64,000 nt of DNA from the NCBI GenBank assembly GCA_041615815.1, contig JBFJCP010000002.1, positions 32,001 through 96,000 on the forward strand. Direction: 5' to 3'. Below, one piece after another: positions 56,969 to 64,000 of the stretch. The stretch's first letter is position 1; every line of letters begins with the position of its first letter. Position numbers and translations under genes: made by a program. Under the pieces are notes generated by a model. It saw only the letters and a list, made by a program, of their open reading frames with translations. It was not told the DNA's origin and did not search any database. The DNA comes from Gemmatimonadales bacterium. GTDB lineage: Bacteria; Gemmatimonadota; Gemmatimonadetes; Gemmatimonadales; GWC2-71-9.

Positions 56969-58014
56969 CTCGAGAATTCACAGCGCGGACACCCGATTCC
57001 TTCGCGTTCCGCGACATCCGGTACACCAAAGACGACCAGGTGGCATGGATCACCATTAACCGGCCGGACGCCTACAACGCCTACTCCACTACCGCGCTCG
57101 AGGAACTGGCCACGGCCTTTCGGGACGCGAGTTTCGACGACGCGGTGGGGGTCATCGTCTTCACCGGCGCCGGCGACCGCGCGTTCTGCACGGGCGGCGA
57201 CGTCAAGGAATACGCCGAGAGCTATGTCTCGACTCCGCGAGACTACTGGAAGTACATGGCCCTGTTTCGCGCCTACATCGAAAGCATCCTCAACACCGGC
57301 AAGCCAGTAGTGGCGAGGCTCAATGGGATGGCCGTGGGCGGGGGAAATGAGAGTCAGCTCGCCTGCGATCTGACAGTCATGGCGCAACACACCTACATCA
57401 AACAGGTCGGGACGCACGTGGGGTCGGTGGCTTGCGGCGGCTCCACCCAGTGGCTCCCCATCGTCGTGGGCGACAAACGCGCCCGCGAGATTCTCTTCCT
57501 CAACGAGCCGATTCCCGCCGAGCAGGCGCGCGAGTGGGGCCTCGTGAACTGGGTGGTTCCGTCGGTTCGGAAAGAGGGTGAGTGGGTCGACCACGCGTCA
57601 GCCGAGGAGATTCGCAAGGCGCAACGGGGGAAAGACGGCTACGCCATCGATCTGTCCAAGCTCGATGCCTTTGTCGCAGACCTGTGTCGACGACTCCTGG
57701 CTTCCTTCCCGGAGTGCACCCGCTACACGAAGCAACAGCTCAACTTCTGGAAGGATCTGGCCTGGCATTCCACCGTACGGCATGCGCAAGACTGGCTCTC
57801 CCTGCACTACGCGTGTTGGGAGCCGGTGGAGGGCATGCAGGCGTTCGTCGAGAAGCGAAAGGCGGATTACGGCATGTTGCGTCACCGGGCCGCTCAGGGG
57901 CTGCCAACGGAAACGCCTTGGGGGGCGTTCGTGAACCATTGTGCGGCGTGCGGGGCCAAGTGCTTGCCCGCCGATCACACCTACTGCGGCGCATGCGGCC
58001 GATCGCTCTCGTAA
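56950..58014 (+). CDS. oah: 6-oxocyclohex-1-ene-1-carbonyl-CoA hydrolase-like crotonase
   Basis: FTGAGDRAFCTGGDVKEYAE, ECTRYTK, C-terminal CxxC...CxxC; bcr context. Confidence 0.72.
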   Translation: MPAGTLTREFTARTPDSFAFRDIRYTKDDQVAWITINRPDAYNAYSTTALEELATAFRDASFDDAVGVIVFTGAGDRAFCTGGDVKEYAESYVSTPRDYWKYMALFRAYIESILNTGKPVVARLNGMAVGGGNESQLACDLTVMAQHTYIKQVGTHVGSVACGGSTQWLPIVVGDKRAREILFLNEPIPAEQAREWGLVNWVVPSVRKEGEWVDHASAEEIRKAQRGKDGYAIDLSKLDAFVADLCRRLLASFPECTRYTKQQLNFWKDLAWHSTVRHAQDWLSLHYACWEPVEGMQAFVEKRKADYGMLRHRAAQGLPTETPWGAFVNHCAACGAKCLPADHTYCGACGRSLS

Positions 58015-58703
58015 CCGGCGGAGCCGGCGGTATCGGTCAGGCCATCGTCCAGACCCTGACACCCCACGCCACGGTCGTCGCCGTGGATCGGGTCTCTTGT
58101 GACACACCCGTCGATGGACACTTCAGGGAAACGGATGTGGCGGATCCATCGGCGGTGCGGGAAACCGTGGCGTCCGTGGCGCAGCAGTACGGTGGACTCG
58201 ACTGGGTCGTGTGCGCCGCCGGCATCATCCGCGACAAGGTGAGCTGGAAAATGACGGATGACGACTGGCAGTCCGTCATTGACACGAATCTCACAGGCGC
58301 ATTCAATACCGCGCGGGCTGCTGCCCCGTTCTTGCGCCGCTCGACGGGCGGCCGGCTCGTCCTCATTGGATCCATCAACGGTACGCGTGGACGCTTTGGG
58401 CAGGCCAACTACGCCGCTTCCAAGGCCGGCCTCGTGGGCCTCGGTCGCTCTCTGGCGTTGGAACTTGCGCGAGACGGCGTCACGGTGAACATCGTGACCC
58501 CCGGCTTCATCGATACCCCCATGACGCATGCACTCCCGTCCGAGATGCGTCGGCTTGCGGTGACCCGCACACCGCTCGGTCGGGCTGGGTCTCCCGATGA
58601 CGTCGCATCCGCCGTGCGTTTTCTCTTGAGTCCCGAGGCGGGGTTCATCACCGGGACCGTGCTACCGGTAGACGGTGGCCAGCTCCTGGGGGAGGTGGCG
58701 TGA
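57993..58703 (+). CDS. SDR, FabG/3-hydroxyacyl-CoA dehydrogenase-like
   Basis: VTGGAGGIG, GQANYAASK, PGFIDT, VDGG. Confidence 0.88.
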   Translation: MRPIALVTGGAGGIGQAIVQTLTPHATVVAVDRVSCDTPVDGHFRETDVADPSAVRETVASVAQQYGGLDWVVCAAGIIRDKVSWKMTDDDWQSVIDTNLTGAFNTARAAAPFLRRSTGGRLVLIGSINGTRGRFGQANYAASKAGLVGLGRSLALELARDGVTVNIVTPGFIDTPMTHALPSEMRRLAVTRTPLGRAGSPDDVASAVRFLLSPEAGFITGTVLPVDGGQLLGEVA

Positions 58704-59461
58704 TGGCAGCCGTTCGCACTTCACTGGAGAGCGGTGTCGGCCGCTTGGTCGTGAGTCATCCACCCGTCAACATTCTCACACGAGATGTGCTGGCCGGCAT
58801 CCGGGCGGGCCTCGAGCAGCTCGCGCCCGATCCCTCGCTTCGCGTGCTTCTGCTATCGGCCGCAGGAAAGCACTTCTCGGCGGGTGCCTCGGTGGAAGAG
58901 CATTTGCCTCCACTGTACGACGACCTCATTCCGGAATTCATGGCAACGGTGAGCGCGGTGGACGCCTTCCCGCTACCGGTCATCGCCGCCGTCCAGGGAA
59001 GGTGCTTGGGTGGTGGCCTGGAGGTGGTCTTGGCGGCGGACATCATCGTGGCGGCCACGAATGCCAGGTTCGGACAACCGGAGATTCTGTTGGGCGTCGT
59101 TCCACCGGCTGCGTGTGCGCTTCTCCCGACGCTGACGTCGCGGGGGGTGGCGGCCCAGCTGGTGTACACGGGTGATCCCTTGAGTGCTGAAGAGGCTCGT
59201 GCTGCAGGCATCGTCACGCAGGTGGTGGAAGACGACGAGCTCGAGGATGCGGCGCTCGCCCTTGCCGGACGGATCGCCAGGCACAGCGGCGCCGCCCTGC
59301 GCATCGCCAAACAATCACTCCGTCATGATGAGTCCGGGCGAACCAACGCGTTCTCGAGAGCGACATCTCTCTACGTGGAATCGCTGATGCGGACGCAGGA
59401 CGCCGTGGAAGGACTACAGGCCTTCCTGGATAAGCGCGAGCCCGTGTGGAGTCACCAATGA
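58700..59461 (+). CDS. dch: Cyclohexa-1,5-dienecarbonyl-CoA hydratase-like
   Basis: [42 protein letters not shown]. Confidence 0.78.
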   Translation: MMAAVRTSLESGVGRLVVSHPPVNILTRDVLAGIRAGLEQLAPDPSLRVLLLSAAGKHFSAGASVEEHLPPLYDDLIPEFMATVSAVDAFPLPVIAAVQGRCLGGGLEVVLAADIIVAATNARFGQPEILLGVVPPAACALLPTLTSRGVAAQLVYTGDPLSAEEARAAGIVTQVVEDDELEDAALALAGRIARHSGAALRIAKQSLRHDESGRTNAFSRATSLYVESLMRTQDAVEGLQAFLDKREPVWSHQ

Positions 59462-60627
59462 ACGCCGCGCACACGTTTCCACAGTGGCACGACCAGCCGC
59501 TCGAAGAGATCCTGTATCAATGCCGGGAGCTCGTTGAGGATATGTCGTTCCCGACGGTCAAGCGCTGGCGTGATCAGGGCGGGAAGGTCGTGGGACACTT
59601 CCAGGTGTATTTCCCGGAGGAGATCGCGCACGCGGCCGGGCTCCTCTCCTTCAAGGTGCGCGGCGCTCCCATCGAGCCCGTGCAGTCGGACTCCCGGTTC
59701 GGCTCGTACCTTTGCTCCATTCTCAAGTCATCCCTCGAGCTCGCGCTGAGCGGACGGGTGGAGCTGGACATGTTCGTCACCCATCCCATCTGCGACGCTG
59801 CTCGCAACCTCGCCGGCGTCTGGGGACGCAACTTCGAGTATCCGTGCCAGATCCTGTATCTCCCGCAGAACGCCAACTCCTCCCACACCGTCACCTATCT
59901 GCGGGACGAGTACAACCGACTACAACGCGCCATCGAGGAGATCGCGGGTCGCCGTATCGGCAACGAAGACTTACGGGCTTCGATCGCCGTGTTCAACGAG
60001 AATCGCTCCCTGCTCCGAAGTCTGTACGCGATCAAGCGTGACACGCCATGGTTGCTCGCCGTCGACGAGGCCTATGTACTCGTGGGCGTCGGTGGCCTGA
60101 TGCCCCGCGAGGAACACAACGCGCTCCTTCGGACGGCGCTCGAGCAGATCCCCGGACGGCCCGTCAAGCGGCAGGACAAGATTCGTGTCGTATTCGAGGG
60201 TGGTTTCTGTGAGCAGCCGCCGCTGGACCTAATCCGAACCATCGGTCGCTCTTGCTATGTCGTCGATGACGACCTCCTCATCGGGCTTCGCTGGCTGACG
60301 GAGGACGTTCCCTTGGCGGGTGATCCACTTCGCAATCTGGCCGAGGCATACATTGAGCGCTCGGCGCACAGCCCGGTGCAACACGATCTGCGGAAGCCCA
60401 AGGACCAGATGCTCCTGGAGCGACTCCGGCGAGCTGACGCTCGCGCGGCAATCGTCACGGCCGCCAAGATGTGTGAGCCCGGGCTGGAGGAGCAGGTCGT
60501 TTACACCCGGACGCTCGACGGCGAGAACATCCCGTACTTCGTGAGCGAGTTCGAGGAGAACATGACCAGCTTCGATCACCTCGAGATCCAGTTGGAGACA
60601 TTCGTGGAAAACCTGCTGTTCGACTGA
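59458..60627 (+). CDS. bcrC: Class I benzoyl-CoA reductase, C-type subunit
   Basis: HgdB/BcrC-type motifs [32 protein letters not shown]. Confidence 0.8.
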   Translation: MNAAHTFPQWHDQPLEEILYQCRELVEDMSFPTVKRWRDQGGKVVGHFQVYFPEEIAHAAGLLSFKVRGAPIEPVQSDSRFGSYLCSILKSSLELALSGRVELDMFVTHPICDAARNLAGVWGRNFEYPCQILYLPQNANSSHTVTYLRDEYNRLQRAIEEIAGRRIGNEDLRASIAVFNENRSLLRSLYAIKRDTPWLLAVDEAYVLVGVGGLMPREEHNALLRTALEQIPGRPVKRQDKIRVVFEGGFCEQPPLDLIRTIGRSCYVVDDDLLIGLRWLTEDVPLAGDPLRNLAEAYIERSAHSPVQHDLRKPKDQMLLERLRRADARAAIVTAAKMCEPGLEEQVVYTRTLDGENIPYFVSEFEENMTSFDHLEIQLETFVENLLFD

Positions 60628-60666
60628 GAACGCAGGAGAGGCGGGGATGACCAGAGGAGACAGAAC

Positions 60667-61977
60667 ATGAGCGACGTCGTAACGAGCGAAACCATAGTGG
60701 GGCGCGGCAACCGCGATGGCGCCCGCCTCTTCCGGGATTGGTTCGCCGAACTGAGTTCGGCGGCTGCGGATTTGCGTCCGGTGGCGTACGTGTTCGTGAT
60801 GGGCAGCATGGCCGAGCTGCTGCGGGTGTTCGATCTCCCCATCGTCTTCCCCGAAATCAACTCGCTGCAAACCGCCGTGCGCCGCGTTGCCCACGAGTAC
60901 CTCAATGAGGCCGAGGATTACGGATACTCCCCGGATATCTGTGGCTACGTGAAAGCCGATGTCGCAACTCAGCTCCGGGGTGGTGAACATCCGATGGGCC
61001 GAATTCCAAGACCCGCCATGGCTGTCTACACCAACGCCTGTAACACCTACATCAAGTGGGCCGAGATCTGGGAGCGGATGTATGGGGTGCCCGTATTTAC
61101 CCTCGATGTGCCTGGGACGCGCGGCGCTGGTCTGCAAAGCCAGCCCGGTAGCCAAGACTTCGAGCAGGATCGGCGCTACGTGGAGGGTCAGATTCACGAG
61201 CTCATCTCCCTGTGCGAACAAACATCCGGCCGTGCGTTCGACATCGACCGATTGCGCGAGAGTCTCGCCGCTACCAACGAGATGAATCGGGCGTGGAAAC
61301 GATTGCTCGAACTGAATCAGAGCCGGCCATCGGTATTCAATGCGCTCTCGGAGGGAACCATCTACTTGGGCGTTGCGAACGGGTTCCGGGGTACGCCCGA
61401 AGGTGCCGCGTACTTCCGGGATCTCGTAGAGGAAATGGAGTACAAGGCGTCACACGGCATCGGGACCACTACCGACGAACAGTTCCGCCTGGTGTTTGTC
61501 GGGGTCCCCTGTTACCCGATCTTCCGGCGATTCAACGAGCTATTCACGGAATGGGGGGGGACATTCGTGACCTCGACCTACCTCTGGTTTGCATCCGGTG
61601 GTTCCAACGTCGGGTTTGAGTACGACCTCCAGGACCCCATCGGAAGCCTGGCTGAGGGGGTCTTGATCAGCGTCCGCGATGCCATGGACGCCATGTTCTT
61701 CCAGACCGACATCCTCGCAGAGATGATCGATGCCTATGGCATTGACGGAGTGGTCTACCATCCCATCAAGAGTTGTCGGACGGTGTCTACCGGCCTCGCC
61801 GACAGCCGGCGTGCCCTGATGGAGATTCGGGACATCCCGAGTCTGTTCATCGAATCGGACATGATGGATCGGCGGGTCGTGTCCGAAGCCCAACTCAAGA
61901 ATCGGATCGACGCCTTCTTCGAGGGTCTCCAGTCGCGAGCAGCCCGAGACGCCACGGCGGCGCCGGTCAACCCATGA
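60667..61977 (+). CDS. bcrB: Class I benzoyl-CoA reductase, B-type subunit
   Basis: [31 protein letters not shown]...[11 protein letters not shown]. Confidence 0.8.
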   Translation: MSDVVTSETIVGRGNRDGARLFRDWFAELSSAAADLRPVAYVFVMGSMAELLRVFDLPIVFPEINSLQTAVRRVAHEYLNEAEDYGYSPDICGYVKADVATQLRGGEHPMGRIPRPAMAVYTNACNTYIKWAEIWERMYGVPVFTLDVPGTRGAGLQSQPGSQDFEQDRRYVEGQIHELISLCEQTSGRAFDIDRLRESLAATNEMNRAWKRLLELNQSRPSVFNALSEGTIYLGVANGFRGTPEGAAYFRDLVEEMEYKASHGIGTTTDEQFRLVFVGVPCYPIFRRFNELFTEWGGTFVTSTYLWFASGGSNVGFEYDLQDPIGSLAEGVLISVRDAMDAMFFQTDILAEMIDAYGIDGVVYHPIKSCRTVSTGLADSRRALMEIRDIPSLFIESDMMDRRVVSEAQLKNRIDAFFEGLQSRAARDATAAPVNP

Positions 61978-61981
61978 GGTA

Positions 61982-62803
61982 ATGATGGCCTATGCAGCCG
62001 GAGTGGACGTGGGATCCACGCAGACCAAGGCCGTGATCGTGGGGGAAGACGCCAAGATCGTTGCACGGTCATTGACCGACACGGGAGCCAACGTCATTCG
62101 AGCCGCCGAGTCGGCCTACCAGGAGGCCCTTCGCAGCGCCGATCTCCGCGAAGAGGAAGTAGAGTATGTGGTGGGCACCGGATACGGGCGGTACAAGGTC
62201 ACGTTCGGCAACACCCAAGTGACCGAAATCAGCTGTCACGGCCGCGGAGCGGTGCAGATGTTTCCCGCCACACTGACCGTGCTCGACATGGGAGGCCAGG
62301 ACACGAAGGCGATTCGGGTCTCCGCCACGGGTGAGATTCTGGATTTCTGCATGAACGATAAGTGCGCGGCCGGGACCGGGCGGTTTTTGGGTGCGGCATC
62401 GAGCGCACTGGAGATTCCGTTGGAAGAACTGGGGCCCACCGCGCTGCGTGGGGAACGGCCGGTCAAGATCAGCACCACGTGCACCGTCTTTGCCGAGTCC
62501 GAGGTGCTCTCGTGGTTGGGAAAGGGCAAGAAGATCGAGGACATCCTCCTGGGGGTTCATCATTCAATCGCCACGCGGTCGGCGGGGCTTCTGCGCCGCG
62601 TGGGCGTCGAAGAGGAAGTGACCTTCACGGGTGGCGTGGCGCGGAATGTCGCGATGATCGAAACGTTGAACGACCGCCTCGGCCTTCGCGTCAACGTCAG
62701 TGACGACTCCCACTTCATGGGCGCCCTGGGAGCAGCTTTGTTCGCCCTGGATCACATCGTGGCAAGCCGAACACCGGCCCATGCCGGACGGGAGGACGAA
62801 TGA
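61982..62803 (+). CDS. Benzoyl-CoA reductase ATPase/activase subunit (short form)
   Basis: [47 protein letters not shown]. Confidence 0.88.
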   Translation: MMAYAAGVDVGSTQTKAVIVGEDAKIVARSLTDTGANVIRAAESAYQEALRSADLREEEVEYVVGTGYGRYKVTFGNTQVTEISCHGRGAVQMFPATLTVLDMGGQDTKAIRVSATGEILDFCMNDKCAAGTGRFLGAASSALEIPLEELGPTALRGERPVKISTTCTVFAESEVLSWLGKGKKIEDILLGVHHSIATRSAGLLRRVGVEEEVTFTGGVARNVAMIETLNDRLGLRVNVSDDSHFMGALGAALFALDHIVASRTPAHAGREDE

Positions 62804-63624
62804 GCTACACGGCGGGCATCGATATCGGATCGACATATACCAAGTCGGTCATTCTGAACGAACGCCGTGAGATCGTCGGTCGCGCCATGGAGCCCACGGG
62901 GTTCCGACTAACGGAGATCGCAGAGCGTACCTACCACCGGGCCCTCGAAGAAGCGACCCTCGAGCCGGCAGAAGTCGCCTACATCGTGGCAACGGGGTTT
63001 GGCCGGCATCAGGCGCAGATCAGTGATGTGCACGTGACGGATCTCACGGCAAGTGCGCGGGGTGCGTCGTTCTTCTTTCCCGGCACCCGAACGATCCTCG
63101 ACGTCGGCGGGCAGACGATGAAGGCGAGTCGGCTTGGCTCCGACGCCAAGGTCAAATCTTTTCGCTTGAACGACAAATGTGCCGCCGGTACGGGAGCCTT
63201 TCTCGAGAAGACCGCACGGTACATGGGGTATACCACTCGGGAGATCGGCCCCCTCGTCACCACCTCCAAAGATGCTATTCCCATCTCTGGTGTGTGCGCC
63301 GTCTTTGCCGAATCCGAGGTCATCAACCACCTGTCGCAGGGCGTGTCTCCGGCCGACATCATGCACGGCGCGATCGTGTCTCTCGTTGGACGATCCGTCC
63401 AACTCATGAAACGTGTCCGGATGGAGCCCGAATTCACGCTCGTGGGTGGGATCCTGCGGTTCGAGCGCATGGTGGAGGTGGTGGAGCGTGAGCTCGGGGC
63501 TTCGGTCAACGTGCCACCCGGCGAGCTCGTACAGTTCGTTCCTGCGTTTGGAGCGGCGCTCCTGGGGCAGCGCCGTGTCGAGAAACTCGCCGGCAAAGTC
63601 CATGCGGAATCATTCGCCGGATAG
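62800..63624 (+). CDS. Benzoyl-CoA reductase second ATPase/activase subunit
   Basis: [40 protein letters not shown]. Confidence 0.88.
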   Translation: MSYTAGIDIGSTYTKSVILNERREIVGRAMEPTGFRLTEIAERTYHRALEEATLEPAEVAYIVATGFGRHQAQISDVHVTDLTASARGASFFFPGTRTILDVGGQTMKASRLGSDAKVKSFRLNDKCAAGTGAFLEKTARYMGYTTREIGPLVTTSKDAIPISGVCAVFAESEVINHLSQGVSPADIMHGAIVSLVGRSVQLMKRVRMEPEFTLVGGILRFERMVEVVERELGASVNVPPGELVQFVPAFGAALLGQRRVEKLAGKVHAESFAG

Positions 63625-63673
63625 TAACGACGCTCCACACACCCGTGCCTCACCGCACGCGGGCGACGAGACC

Positions 63674-63985
63674 GTGCGCCGATTGGGCTTGGTGGTAGAG
63701 CACGAGGCACGGCGGCTGCTGAGCGACGATCAGCTCCAGCCCGATCCCGCACGAGTGGCCGCCGGGTGGGTTCGCCGCTTCATCGCGGATGCCGCGCGTG
63801 CCGAGGAGGCCATGGCACTCTACCGAGATCTCGGCTATGAGGTGTGCGCCGACCCTGTGGCGCTCGACCAACTCGACGAAGGATGCGCGGACTGCTGGCT
63901 CCTCACGCAACTTCGATTCGTCACGATTTACACGAGAAAGACTCGCATGCGTCCACCGGACGGAGGCGCGGGGAGGACATTATGA
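63674..63985 (+). CDS. Small hypothetical protein with CxxC inside the bcr operon
   Basis: GWVRRF...YRDLGYEV...CADC...VTIYTR; stop overlaps the next ATG; start uncertain. Confidence 0.55.
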   Translation: MRRLGLVVEHEARRLLSDDQLQPDPARVAAGWVRRFIADAARAEEAMALYRDLGYEVCADPVALDQLDEGCADCWLLTQLRFVTIYTRKTRMRPPDGGAGRTL

Positions 63986-64000
63986 GAGCCGCGGTCTATC
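63982..64000 (+). CDS. 5' fragment of a probable Zn-dependent alcohol dehydrogenase (possibly had)
   Basis: GGAGG RBS, MRAAVY start typical of MDR enzymes; pathway context only. Confidence 0.35.

Noticed and set aside
59458..63624. 2-hydroxyacyl-CoA dehydratase plus activator (Hgd/Fld)
   Set aside because: Two different activases and adjacent dch- and oah-like genes favour a benzoyl-CoA reductase
1..64000. Mobile elements, rRNA, tRNA
   Set aside because: No transposase, integrase or phage motifs and no recognisable structural RNA seen by eye; a covariance-model scan was not run

Overview
High-GC bacterial window; gene content and style suggest Gemmatimonadota (inference, not tested). No rRNA, tRNA, CRISPR or mobile element was seen. 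The left part holds a truncated molybdopterin oxidoreductase, tenA, dinB, a 2Fe-2S ferredoxin, a MauG/CcP-family diheme enzyme beside a NarX/NarL-like two-component system, and a LytS/LytTR-S41 peptidase unit. Next come a compact his operon with HisH-HisF and HisA-HisI-HisE fusions behind a His-rich leader-peptide attenuator, a CarH-like B12 photoreceptor, a subtilase with an IPTL-CTERM-like tail next to exosortase H, and an RND efflux system. The standout is a ~13 kb minus-strand extracellular electron transfer cluster (38.8-51.7 kb). It encodes a sensor kinase, a sigma54 activator, two cupredoxins, a Cyc2-like cytochrome-porin, two OmcE-like nanowire-type cytochromes (one with an extra CX3CH site), an NHL lipoprotein, a hexaheme c7-type lipoprotein, a large beta-barrel and a diheme cytochrome. 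The right end is a TetR-led anaerobic benzoyl-CoA pathway operon (oah, SDR, dch, four class I reductase subunits). All family calls come from reading motifs by eye; no database searches were run.
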